A stretch of DNA of 64,000 nucleotides, from the NCBI GenBank assembly GCA_965215565.1, contig CBDCDZ010000004.1, positions 1,248,001-1,312,000 on the forward strand, given 5' to 3'. Position 1 is the stretch's first letter. Each line of letters starts with the position of its first letter. The position numbers and the translations under genes are program-made. Source of the stretch: Trueperaceae bacterium (GTDB lineage Bacteria > Deinococcota > Deinococci > Deinococcales > Trueperaceae). Below, one piece after another: positions 29,223-39,494 of this stretch. Under the pieces are notes generated by a model. The model did no database searches, was not told where the DNA came from, and saw nothing but the letters and a program-made list of their open reading frames with translations.

Positions 29223-30127
29223 ATGCGCTCTTACGCTCGTGTTCGCAAGTTGACCGAGGAGGAGTATCAAGAACGCAAGCGCTGAGAACGTTCCAGGACA
29301 ATGGCGGCAGGTAAGGTCAAGCGGGCTCGGACGGTGCTGTGCTCGAACCAAGGTTATACCTGCACCGAGATTACGCAGAAGCTCGAGATGGGTGAACGCA
29401 CAGTAAGATGGTGGGTGACGCGCTTCAACAAGCTGGGTATCCCAGGACCAGAAGAAGAGCAGCGCCCGGGACGCCCACGAGTTTTTACTGCCGAGCAAGT
29501 GGGAGCAGTGATTGAAACGGCGTTGACGAAACCTGACGAGTTGGGGCTGCCCTTCGGTGCTTGGACCCTAGCTAGGCTCGTTGCCCATCTCAGCAAAGAG
29601 AAGGGCGTCGAGATGAGCCGCAGCCGCATAAGCGAGATTTTTAGGCGTGAAGGACTTAGGACAGGTGATCGCCTAAAGCGAAGTCGCGTGGTCCCGCTCC
29701 CGCTAGCCGCCGTTGGCGGTAACCTTTGGCGGCAGCAGGAGAGCTGGTTTGATAAGCGTGTCGATCCTGAGTTCGCCAAAAAAAGGGTGCCACCCTACGG
29801 CTTTATACGGCACCCCCGGCAGAAAGCGTCGTCCTCTGCATAGACGAGATGGGTCCCTTGTCAGTGCGGACCTATCAGGGTAAGGAACTCGTCAAGGTTC
29901 ACGGTCCCCCTGCCGGACGCGCGAAAGCTGACCTCATCTACACCGGGCAGCCGTTCGGCGGTTACGTCTACGGCGCATTAGAACCCGCCACAGGTGCAGT
30001 GTTCACCGAGGTCTATTCGCGTCGCAACGTCGGGTATTACGTCGAGTTCTTAGAAAAAGTCGAGCAGTGGGTCTCACCCGAGATCAAACGCATCTACGCC
30101 ATCGTCGACAACTTGGCGGCGCACTGA
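29223..30127 (+). mobile_element. IS630-family transposase pseudogene
   Basis: ATG 29223 after AGGAGG; in-frame TGA at 29283; RPGRPR, WTL, slippery AAAAAAAAG near 29778, DEMGP, IVDNLAAH; truncated. Confidence 0.8.
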
Positions 30128-30385
30128 GGTTGCCCCTCAAGCTGTTGATCTCGTCACCCCGCGCCGCAGAGACCAACTTCCCCCACCTAAGCGTGAGCAA
30201 CGCCTCTACAAAGGTCATCGCATCGTAGAAACCGTGTTCTCTTCGCTCGACAGGCTAGGGCTCTCCAACAGACCTTACCGCTCCACTAAGGGTCGCGTAT
30301 TGCACATCTACACCACTATTCTCGCTTATCAGCTCTCTCGTTCAGGTGCCTTCGAAGTCTGGTTCTACCTTTTCCGAATTGAGGT
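30128..30385 (+). mobile_element. IS982-family 3' remnant
   Basis: LVTPRR...RIVETVFSSL...RSTKG...ILAYQL; ends in cgaattgaggt, a candidate right end. Confidence 0.6.
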
Positions 30386-31783
30386 TATTTCGTATTTCCA
30401 TGTCGACGCTGGATAAGTGGGTAGCTCGAGCGCGGAGGGGTGGCGATGCAGCGTTAGCGGATAAAAGAAGAGACCAGGTGCCCATTAAATACGGGGGTGC
30501 GAAAGAGCAGGTCGATGTAATAGCAAATAAGGCGAAGTTTCGTGCCATGAATGTAACAGAAGCTGCTAAAGCCATACATCAGGAGCTGCACGACCCTGCT
30601 TATGGTCTCGACAACGTACCTAGCGTTAGCACTATTTACAATTGGATCAGGCGCACCGAGAAAAAAATCCCTAGCAACTCAACGGCGTACGAGAAACCGA
30701 CAGCGGCAGGTCAGGTTGATTAGGTCGACAGCACGACGCTGGCACATGACGTTTTTGATGAAGACGGTAGATTTATAGGTCGGGGGACGGTAAGGCTGGT
30801 GGTAGACGCTTACACCCGGTACATCAAAGGCTATGCGTTCAATCTCTCTGGGGAATCTGTCGCTCAGATCGCTGAGGCGCTCACACACGCTTTTTTTCAA
30901 AGAGAGCTACCCTGATTGGTCGAGCTTTAAGTGCGCGATGGTATTCGTGGACAACTGCTCTGCGCACCGCAGCAAAGTGGTTAATGACGCACTAATCAAG
31001 CGTGCCAGCAAACGCTTCTGACTGAAGTTCCGCGTTATCGGTCGACCCGAAAGCGGCGGCATCGTGGAGCGGACGCTTCAAACGATCGAAAAAAGAGCCT
31101 CTGAGTTCGGCGGCAAGCCGACGCTCGCCGACGTAAGAAATATCCTCACCGAGGTTTGCCAGACGTTCAATCACACGGTCCACAGCACCATAAGAACTAC
31201 TCCCGCAATGGCCCTCGCTGTAAGTAGAAGCGGTTCTAAGACCCGCCCAGCCGTAGGTAGAAAGTTAGACCCGTTGCCACTCGAGGATAGAGAGACCTTT
31301 CTCCTAGACCTCCTTCGAATAGTTAGAACACCCCAGGTGCGTCGTTCCTGCATCATATTCAACAACCTCATCTACCGTCATCCCGAGCTTTCTGACCTCC
31401 ATAAAGAGAAAGTTTCTGTCAAAGTGTCACCGGATCGGTGGCGGCACTTCGTTCACGCCTACCATCCCCAAAAAAAGGAATACCTGAAAGTGCCTCTCGA
31501 CTACAACGCCACCTTCGCTTTTACCGAGGCAGAGGTCAATGAGGCTGTCAAGGCAGCTAATTTGAGGGGAAAAAAGCTGTCCAATAGAACGGTCGTTGAC
31601 ATCATAAAAGAGGGGGCGACTAAAGCTCCCACTACAAAGAAGGGGCATCGTGACAAGGCGCAAAAGGACCTGGCAACTGAGCCGCTAAAACAGGAAGAGC
31701 AAAAGGAGCGCAACGAGCCGCGCAAAAAGGTTAGCTTTCCCGGAAGCGTTAAGACGCTCGAAACTGGGCTGACTGATGAGTAA
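30386..31783 (+). pseudogene. TnsB/TniA (Mu-like DDE) transposase, multiply disrupted
   Basis: PSVSTIYNWI, VDSTT, LVVDAYTRYIKG, VDN, GGIVERTL, FNHTVHSTIRTTP, IIFNNLIY; stops and frameshifts present. Confidence 0.7.
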
Positions 31784-31920
31784 TCCACAACCGTTCGAAC
31801 ATCTAAGTCCTGGTGCGATCAAAATGCTCCATAAGAGCAGAAAGGAACGTATCGATTACGTGACTGGGAACACTTGGACGATTAAATATCTCCATTTGCT
31901 CAAGGTAGAAAAATGGGTGG
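31776..31920 (+). pseudogene. TniB/TnsC-like ATPase N-terminal remnant
   Basis: HLSPGA...ERIDYV...W.IKY resembles the TniB N-terminus; overlaps the transposase stop; no Walker A retained. Confidence 0.5.
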
Positions 31921-32191
31921 AGAAGGTTCCGCCGTTCTTCGACTCGCCGACTCTCCAACCCGTTATGGTCTACCCAGACGTCGACCGGGCTCTACAGAAC
32001 ACAGTCCACCAGGTCGCCCTGCCCACTTACGACCGGCTCAAGCTGCGCCGACTCGTCCAAACATCCGAAAGGACGATGCGCGACGCCTGCTACACACGCA
32101 AGGCGGATAGAAGATGAGTAGAAAAGCTTCCGGCACTAAGCGAGCCCCAAACTTCAACCGTGCGGCTTTAGAGGCACAAGCCGCGAGTTTA

Positions 32192-32448
32192 TAGCAATTA
32201 ACCTAAGTACTGATTGGAATAGCGCAAGTCTCAGCCGTAGCCATCCCGCTCTCAGGCAAAGCCTAGCGGGACGGCTTCGCCTGAGAGCGGGATTTCATTC
32301 TCAAATGTGCGTGCTGCTTTCTGAAAGCCCGTAGGGACGAAGTTTTCGCAAAGCGAATGACGTAGTTTGCCGTTAAGCAACGGTGTTCTACATCGTGAGA
32401 GCGTCTCTTCGCATAACTTCGTTCACTCAAACCAAATGATACTTGCTA
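32192..32448 (-). mobile_element. MITE-like repeat family A copy (long variant)
   Basis: Near-identical to 35106-35302 plus internal hairpin insertions; ends aaccaaatgatacttgcta. Confidence 0.85.
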
Positions 32449-32799
32449 TAATTCCCTGGGCACTAGGCTTAGGGCACGACTTCGATATCGCTGCTGGCCT
32501 GCAAGCTAGCATTGACGCTTGGTACCGAGTTGAACCCCGCTTGCCTCCCTTACACGAACGTCCCGATCCCATCGACTACGCCTTCATCTCCTACCTGCAA
32601 AACCTCGACAATAAGGACATCCACCGTTTCCGCCACCTTCCAGACTCGCCCGACTTCCCCACTAGATACATCGTCGGCTTCCTAAGATGGGACACGACCC
32701 CGAAAGAGCGTCGACCTTACATGCTCACGGCTCACCTTTACGCCTCGAGTCTGTAACCCAACACTCGTCCGGGCATAGTAGACCTGGCGCTACCGGATG

Positions 32800-32970
32800 A
32801 CTGGGGCGCGGCGGCGCACCTGCTACGACATCACGCCAGAACGACAGGGTGAGTACAAGTTGGTCTTCTAGGCATAGAGCAGGTGGTCTACCGCTTCGCT
32901 TTTTGACGTCTTCTCTGTCTCTAAGTGCTTCTCGCATCTTCTTAAATGTCTGCTTCTTGACGCCCAGCTT
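32800..32970 (-). pseudogene. IS5/ISL2-type transposase N-terminal (HTH) remnant
   Basis: GVKKQTF...GRPPALCLEDQLVLTLSFWR. Confidence 0.6.
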
Positions 32971-33325
32971 GTGACCGCAGGAAATCCTTTAGGGCGCTTG
33001 AACTTAGCTGAAGACAGGCTTAGGCTCCGTTTCGTTTGCTCGCGCATCTCTACAGTTTGACACAGCTTCTCCTATTTTCGCCGGAGGTCTAATCAAATGA
33101 CGCAGCGATAAGCCGTAGCTCAACCTCAAAAAGAAGCTATGCCCCGGCTCCCCGACGTAAGGCTTGGAGCGGAAGGGTAGAACTTGCACTTCAAGAAAGA
33201 TACCTCAAGATTGAGAAGGCTCTGTTTCCAGAATTTGGTATTTGTGGTAGTATAATAATATACATGAGTTGTAACGCAACCCTAAAAAACAGCAGTTTCT
33301 TAAATACTGTACATTGACTCTAAAT

Positions 33326-34321
33326 ATGACAATGGATGACATTAGACAACCCGTACAGGGTCTCCACCACATCACCGTCATGGCGAGTGACCCGCAACGC
33401 AACATCGACTTTTACACGCAGGTCTTAGGGCAGAGGATGGTCAAGACGACGGTCAATTTTGATGACCCCGGCACCTATCACCTCTACTATGGCGACGAAG
33501 TCGGCACGCCGGGTACGATCATGACCTTTTTCCCGTGGTTACACGCGATGAGAGGTGAGGTAGGCAATGGGGAGACGACGGCGGTGGCGTATGGGATTTC
33601 GGAGGATTCGCTCGAGTATTGGCAAACTAGACTCCACGAGCACGAGGTTGACTTCGAGACCATCACACGTTTCGGCAGCGACGGACTCAGCTTTGCAGAC
33701 CCCGACGGGCTGAGGCTCGAGCTTATCACCCAAGAGGGCGCGGATGTACCGCATTGGACAAATAGCCCTGTTCCGCAAGAACACGCCTTGACCGGCTTTC
33801 ACGGCGTGACGTTGTGGCTCTCGAGCAAGGACGCCACCGAAGACCTCTTGCTGAATCACCTGGGTTTTAGCAAAGTCGGCGAAGAGGATGATGCGGAGGG
33901 AAAGCGGACACGTTATGAGGGTGACGCAGATAGTGACTCAGGCGGTGTCGGGCTCTTTATCGACGTTGTGGAGCGCCCCGGCAAGTTTTCTGGACGCTCC
34001 GGCGCGGGCACGGTGCATCACATCGCGCTGCGCACGAGGAACGATACGGAGCAGCAAGCCTATCTAGACTACTTGCGCGAGCAGGGTCAGCATGTCACGC
34101 CCGTGCAGGACAGGCAGTACTTTCACTCCATCTACTTCCACGAACCCGGCGGCGTGCTCTTCGAAATTGCCACCGACGCGCCCGGCTTTCCCGACGACGA
34201 AGCGGTAGAGCGGTTGGGAAGCGAGCTTAAACTACCCGAGTGGCTCGAGCCCCACCGCGCCCAAATCGAAGCGAAACTGCCCGAGATTCGCAATCCCGAG
34301 TATGATGAGGTGACACCGTGA
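33326..34321 (+). CDS. Ring-cleaving dioxygenase (MhqO/MhqA family)
   Basis: GLHHIT, TVNFDDPGTYHLYYG, DRQYFHSIYF, LFEIATD. Confidence 0.92.
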   Translation: MTMDDIRQPVQGLHHITVMASDPQRNIDFYTQVLGQRMVKTTVNFDDPGTYHLYYGDEVGTPGTIMTFFPWLHAMRGEVGNGETTAVAYGISEDSLEYWQTRLHEHEVDFETITRFGSDGLSFADPDGLRLELITQEGADVPHWTNSPVPQEHALTGFHGVTLWLSSKDATEDLLLNHLGFSKVGEEDDAEGKRTRYEGDADSDSGGVGLFIDVVERPGKFSGRSGAGTVHHIALRTRNDTEQQAYLDYLREQGQHVTPVQDRQYFHSIYFHEPGGVLFEIATDAPGFPDDEAVERLGSELKLPEWLEPHRAQIEAKLPEIRNPEYDEVTP

Positions 34322-34331
34322 AGGTCATCTT

Positions 34332-34976
34332 GTGAGTCAACTTCATGAACATCAAGAGGTTGTCAGGGCGGGCAAATCTTTAGAAGAGGCGGACGCTGCC
34401 ATTATTGTGATTCATGGGCGCGGCGCTACGGCGCAGAGCATGATTCCGCTGGCGCAAGCCCTAAACGCTGAACATCTAGCCATCCTCGCGCCCCAAGCCG
34501 CCAACTACGAATGGTATCCGCAACGCTTCACCGCGCCCAAAGCGCAGAACGAACCTTATTTGACTTCGGCGCTGAGCATGCTCACGCAGCTTGTCGCTAC
34601 CGTGAACGATGCAGGGATTGCCAAAGACCGCCTTATCCTCTCGGGCTTTTCGCAGGGCGCGTGTTTAACGAGTGAATTTGCGGCGCAGAACCCAGCGCGT
34701 TACGGCGGGCTGCTCATCTTTAGCGGTGGGTTAATTGGCGACGGACCGGAAGTATACGAAGAGAAGTACGGGGGCTCCTTGGAAAGTACACCTGTCTTCA
34801 GCGGCTGTAGCGACCGCGACCCGCACATCCCTCTTACGCGCGTGCAGGAGACGACGCGGCTTTTGACCTCTTTGGGAGCGGACGTGACCGAAAAGATTTA
34901 TCCCGCGATGGGGCACACCATCAACGAGGATGAGTTGGTGCGGGCTAGAGAGGTAGTGGGACGTTTACGTCGGTGA
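34332..34976 (+). CDS. Phospholipase/carboxylesterase (MhqD-like)
   Basis: HGRG, GFSQG, DPHIP, MGH. Confidence 0.88.
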   Translation: MSQLHEHQEVVRAGKSLEEADAAIIVIHGRGATAQSMIPLAQALNAEHLAILAPQAANYEWYPQRFTAPKAQNEPYLTSALSMLTQLVATVNDAGIAKDRLILSGFSQGACLTSEFAAQNPARYGGLLIFSGGLIGDGPEVYEEKYGGSLESTPVFSGCSDRDPHIPLTRVQETTRLLTSLGADVTEKIYPAMGHTINEDELVRAREVVGRLRR

Positions 34977-35105
34977 AGAAGCGCGTCTCTTAAATCTCGA
35001 GAATGAGAGAGAGAATAGAGAATGAGGCGTGTGACCTTCTACCTTCTCAATTTTCTCTTCTTGTCTCGCGAAGAGGTTGAACACGCATAGAGCGCATACA
35101 CACTA

Positions 35106-35302
35106 TAGCAATTAACCTAAGTATTGATTGGAATAGCGCAAGTCTCAGCCTGCTAAGGCTAGCGGGATTTCATTCTCAAATGTGCGTGCTGCTTTCTGAA
35201 AGCCCGCAGGGACGAAGTTTTCGCAAAGCGAATGACGTAGTTTGCCGTTAGGCAACGGTGTTCTACATCGTGAGAGCGTCTCAAACCAAATGATACTTGC
35301 TA
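35106..35302 (-). mobile_element. MITE-like repeat family A copy
   Basis: tagcaattaacc...aaccaaatgatacttgcta. Confidence 0.85.
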
Positions 35303-35316
35303 TATAATCTACAACG

Positions 35317-35766
35317 ATGCCGCCTTTCTCCACCAAGCTCGAGGACCAACTCTGCTTCGCGCTCTACACCACTTCAAACGCGCTCACAAGGTTTTACCGC
35401 CCGCACCTCGAGAGGTTGGGCCTCACCTATCCGCAGTACCTGGTGATGCTCGCACTCTGGGACGAGGACAACCGCATAGTCAAAGATTTAGGAGCGCGGC
35501 TCGGGCTCGATTCGGGGACGATGACGCCGCTGCTCAAACGCTTAGAAGGTGCTGGGCTCGTGCGCCGAGCGCGCGACGCGCAAGACGAGCGGCGCGTGAT
35601 GATTTCGCTGAGCGCACAAGGCAGCGCCCTAGCCGCGCAAGCTGCCGACTTGCCGACGACGATTGCTAAGGCGACGGGTCTGTCTACCGCTGAGATTGGA
35701 GCACTCGTCGAACAGTTGGAAACAGTGCGGCGCAACCTAAAGGTCGCCATATCTGACGAAGATTAA
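35317..35766 (+). CDS. MarR-family regulator, OhrR-like
   Basis: LEDQLCFALY, LTYPQYLVM, LDSGTMTPLLKRLE, DERRV. Confidence 0.88.
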   Translation: MPPFSTKLEDQLCFALYTTSNALTRFYRPHLERLGLTYPQYLVMLALWDEDNRIVKDLGARLGLDSGTMTPLLKRLEGAGLVRRARDAQDERRVMISLSAQGSALAAQAADLPTTIAKATGLSTAEIGALVEQLETVRRNLKVAISDED

Positions 35767-35889
35767 AGCCTCTAGCGAAAGGTTGTGCACAAGTTAATTG
35801 TTCGCCAAACCAATGTTTGAAAGGTGGAGGCTGGGTATAAAAGGTCTACGTTCTTACATATGAAGAACCCAATTTCCGAGGAGGAATTC

Positions 35890-36720
35890 ATGCCCTATAT
35901 TCAAGTTGCCACCGAACGAGACCACCCCGTCAACGTCTACTTCCAAGATTACGGCGAAGGCCCGCCCGTCGTGCTCATTCACGGCTGGCCCCTCAGCCAC
36001 CGCATGTGGGAGTACCAGATCAACGCGCTGACCGAGGCGGGCTACCGCTGCGTCGCGCTCGATAGGCGCGGTTTCGGCGAATCGGACAAGCCCTGGGGCG
36101 GCTACGACTACGACACGATGGCGAACGACGTGCATGAAATGATCAAAGCGCTAGACCTGCAAGACGCAACCCTAGCGGGCTTCTCGATGGGCGGCGGCGA
36201 GGTGGCGCGTTACTTTGGTCAGTTCGGCGCGGACCGGGTTTCTAAAGCGATGCTAATTAGCGCGGTGACGCCCTACATGCTCCAGACGGACGACAACCCT
36301 GACGGCGTACCGCAAGAGGTATTCGACGAGTTCATGGAAAACGTCAAGAAAGACCGGATTGCCTTTTTGGACACCTTCGGCAAGCAGTTCGTCAACTATG
36401 ACGATGGCGACTCCATCAGTGACGACTTGCTTCACTACAACAAGATGATCGCCGCGTTCTGCTCGCCTAGAGCGATGCAGCGCTGCATCACCGCGTTCGG
36501 CACCACGGACTTTCGCCCCGACATGGAGAAGATCACGGTGCCGACGCTGATTGTTCACGGCGACGCCGATGAGATCGTCCCGATCGGTGTGAGCGCGAAG
36601 CAAGCTGCCGAGATGATCTCCAACAGCCGCTTAGAGGTCATCGAGGGTGCACCGCACGGGCTTCAGTACACGCATACCGAGAAGCTCAACGAGTTGATGT
36701 TGGACTTTTTGCGCTCTTAA
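35890..36720 (+). CDS. Non-heme haloperoxidase-like alpha/beta hydrolase
   Basis: HGWPLS, GFSMGGGE, HGDAD, GAPHG. Confidence 0.88.
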   Translation: MPYIQVATERDHPVNVYFQDYGEGPPVVLIHGWPLSHRMWEYQINALTEAGYRCVALDRRGFGESDKPWGGYDYDTMANDVHEMIKALDLQDATLAGFSMGGGEVARYFGQFGADRVSKAMLISAVTPYMLQTDDNPDGVPQEVFDEFMENVKKDRIAFLDTFGKQFVNYDDGDSISDDLLHYNKMIAAFCSPRAMQRCITAFGTTDFRPDMEKITVPTLIVHGDADEIVPIGVSAKQAAEMISNSRLEVIEGAPHGLQYTHTEKLNELMLDFLRS

Positions 36721-36736
36721 AAATAGCGTTGTGTCA

Positions 36737-36771
36737 AGGAGCGAGGGATAGCTTATCCCTCGCTCCTTTTT
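36737..36771 (+). terminator. Intrinsic terminator
   Basis: aggagcgagggata-gct-tatccctcgctcct followed by tttt. Confidence 0.75.
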
Positions 36772-36881
36772 ATCTTTTAAGCTCGAGCCATGCTCCAAAC
36801 CTACTCTGAAAAGTCTCTTGCATTTAGAGTATCTTATACTGGTAGACCCCGCTGAAAAAGTCACAGAAGGAGGCAAATGTT

Positions 36882-36909
36882 GTAGGGGTGATTCATGAAT
36901 CACCCCTAC
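36882..36909. repeat. REP-like perfect 28-nt palindrome (GTAG type)
   Basis: GTAGGGGTGATTCATGAATCACCCCTAC. Confidence 0.7.
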
Positions 36910-37248
36910 GCCGCGCACTCCCTCGCTAAGAAAAATGATTGCGACTTTTCTAAGGTGGTGGGGCAGTGTTACCCATTACAAATGAGAAAAATATCACTGC
37001 AAAGGAGGCAACGTTGTATATGAGAGCGTTTCTATTCGTACCGAACGTACCTCGTGCACACCCTGTCAAAACGCAACCCCTCGGTCACAAATAGCGTCTT
37101 CTTCATTCAGCATGTATAGAATAAGGTTCTGTTCGCTCTCTTCCTCGCACTCTTGCTACGCAAATTCTTCACGTAAAATGAACGCGCTACGCTCCGAGGA
37201 AGCTTTCGGCACACTGACACGACTCTCGAAAAAACGAAAGGGATACCC

Positions 37249-38007
37249 ATGAAAAGCACCGCCCTCGCCCTTCTCTCCGCCGCTTGCCTCCTACTCAGCG
37301 CTTGCGACGCCCGGACCGAATCCGAAGTGACGGTAGAGACGGGCGCGTCCGCCTCGGCAGATAACCTCAGCACCGAAACGCGCGACGTCAGAGACTTTAA
37401 CCGCGTGCGCTTAGAGACCTTGGGTGACCTGAATATCACACAAGGTGATGAGGTCAACGTGGTGCTCGAGCTGTCTCCCAAATACGAGGGCGTCATCGAG
37501 ACCGAGGTGCAGGGCGACACCCTCGTCATCAGCAGTAACCGGCGCAACATGACCCAAATCAACCGTGACGTGCTGCGCTACGACATCACCATGCCGGAGC
37601 TTGAAGCGGTGACGCTAGACGGCTCGGGCGATATGAACGTGGGCAGCTTCAGCGCAGAAGATATCCTCTTAGCGGTAGACGGCTCGGGCGACATCGTAGC
37701 GGAGGACTTGCAGGTGGAGAGGCTCGAGCTAGCCATTAGCGGCTCGGGCGACGCACGTTTAGCGGGGCGCACGGACACCTTTATAGCCGGCATCGACGGC
37801 TCCGGCGAGATAGACGCCCAGGGTCTCCAGGCGCAGGAGGTCAGGCTCGGCATTTCGGGCGCGGGCGAGGCGGAGGTTTGCGCGCTCGTGGCGCTGGACG
37901 TCAGCGTGTCGGGCAGCGGCGACATCACCTACTACGGCGAACCGAGCGAGCCGAGCGTCGACATCTCGGGCGCGGGCAATGTAGAGGCGGGCGGCGACTG
38001 CCCGTGA
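37249..38007 (+). CDS. Head GIN domain (DUF2807) lipoprotein
   Basis: LSAC lipobox; repeated xGSGD units. Confidence 0.85.
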   Translation: MKSTALALLSAACLLLSACDARTESEVTVETGASASADNLSTETRDVRDFNRVRLETLGDLNITQGDEVNVVLELSPKYEGVIETEVQGDTLVISSNRRNMTQINRDVLRYDITMPELEAVTLDGSGDMNVGSFSAEDILLAVDGSGDIVAEDLQVERLELAISGSGDARLAGRTDTFIAGIDGSGEIDAQGLQAQEVRLGISGAGEAEVCALVALDVSVSGSGDITYYGEPSEPSVDISGAGNVEAGGDCP

Positions 38008-39191
38008 GCGACGCCGCGCAAGCCGCGCCGAGCCGTGCGCCCTCCACCCTCATCGCCCCGACGCAGCAAAAAGACCGCATCATCACCTTAGACGCTCTGC
38101 GCGGCTTCGCGCTTCTGGGTGTGCTCATTACGAACATGCTCCAAGGCTATTCGTTTGTCAATACGCGAGTGGATGAGATAGTCGCCACGCTCATTCGCGC
38201 TTTCGCCGAGGGGAGTTTCTTCCCGATGTTCTCCTTTTTATTCGGGCTCGGCTTCGCGCTGCAACTGCGCAAGGGTGAGGCTGCGTTGCCGCGCTTTCGG
38301 CGGCGCTTGACCGTCCTCTTAGGCATCGGTCTCATCCACCTGCTGCTCATCTGGTCAGGCGACATCTTGTTTATGTACGCGGTCTTGGGCTTCGTGCTGA
38401 TCCTCTTTCGCAACAAGAGTGAGCGCACGCTCGTCATCACTGCGTTGACGCTGTGGCTCGGTATGACGAGCGTCCTTTCGTTTCTCGGCGGCGACGACCT
38501 CTTACCGGCGGCGAAGCCTGCCGAGGGTATCGCGCCCGTAGGCGACACCTACCTCTCGGCGGTCGTGGGCAGGTTGGAATTTTTTCCCATCAATCTCCTC
38601 AACCTCTTTTTCACCGGTCTCATCGTCCTCGCGCTCTTCATCTTAGGCTACCTCATCGGGTGTAGAGGTGTGCGGGACGTGCTCTCAAACAAGCGGTTTC
38701 TACGCCGCGTTCTCCTTATTTCGCTTCTCATTGCCGCGCCCTTTACGCTCTGGTTCTTAGGAGCGATTCCCATCTTCGAAGGGGCGAGTTGGCTGTATGG
38801 GCTCGAGTACCTCTTCGCCGGCCCCTTCATCGCCTTCGCCTACCTCGCAGGCTTGTCGCTCTACGCGAAACCTCTTGACACCTTCTTGAGACCCTTCGTC
38901 CCCGTCGGGCAGATGGCTTTGAGCAACTACCTCGGGCAGTCTTTAATTTGCACGACACTCTTCTACCCTTACGCTTTTAACCTCTGGGGTTTGGGCGCAG
39001 CCGCGACCTTGCCTATCAGCTTAGCGATTTTTGGCTTTCAGATTATTTTCAGCGCGTGGTGGCTGAGGCGCTACCGCTTCGGCCCGGCGGAGTGGGTGTG
39101 GCGAAGCCTGACGTACGGGAAAGTACAACCGCTCCGCCGGAGCGCGGACAATATACAAAAGGTCAAGTCTCACAAAAACAAAACCACCTGA
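38004..39191 (+). CDS. DUF418 family membrane protein
   Basis: RIITLDALRGFALLG, GQMALSNYLGQS, FGPAEWVWRSLTY. Confidence 0.9.
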   Translation: MSDAAQAAPSRAPSTLIAPTQQKDRIITLDALRGFALLGVLITNMLQGYSFVNTRVDEIVATLIRAFAEGSFFPMFSFLFGLGFALQLRKGEAALPRFRRRLTVLLGIGLIHLLLIWSGDILFMYAVLGFVLILFRNKSERTLVITALTLWLGMTSVLSFLGGDDLLPAAKPAEGIAPVGDTYLSAVVGRLEFFPINLLNLFFTGLIVLALFILGYLIGCRGVRDVLSNKRFLRRVLLISLLIAAPFTLWFLGAIPIFEGASWLYGLEYLFAGPFIAFAYLAGLSLYAKPLDTFLRPFVPVGQMALSNYLGQSLICTTLFYPYAFNLWGLGAAATLPISLAIFGFQIIFSAWWLRRYRFGPAEWVWRSLTYGKVQPLRRSADNIQKVKSHKNKTT

Positions 39192-39494
39192 GCACATTTC
39201 AGGATCGAAGTAAGGTCAACAGCAGCGTTTGAGACTGCGAAACGCGCCCATCAGCCATTGTAGTTATCTCTACAGGGTTACTCCGCTCAGATTAAACGGA
39301 TTTCAACGCTTAATATCTTAAATGTCTATTGCGGTAGCTTATTGCGAATTTGACGTAACCTTGCGAAGGGAAGGTAACCAAACATATGATTTTCATGATA
39401 TAAACGTGAGAAACTTCACTTTGTTTCACATGAATATCTATGTCACTCTTGAACGTGCTGTTGCAAAATCCCAATCTATCCAGGAGGATCGTCG

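Noticed and set aside
30386..32117. CRISPR-associated transposon
   Set aside because: Only broken TnsB and TniB-like pieces; no tniQ, cas gene or array.
32367..32756. 129-aa ORF as a real gene
   Set aside because: It starts inside a MITE copy and has no recognisable motif; probably a fragment.
32800..32832. DVVAGAPPR segment as another coding mini-insertion in the IS5 remnant
   Set aside because: Only one copy in the window, and homology ends there, so an insertion cannot be shown.
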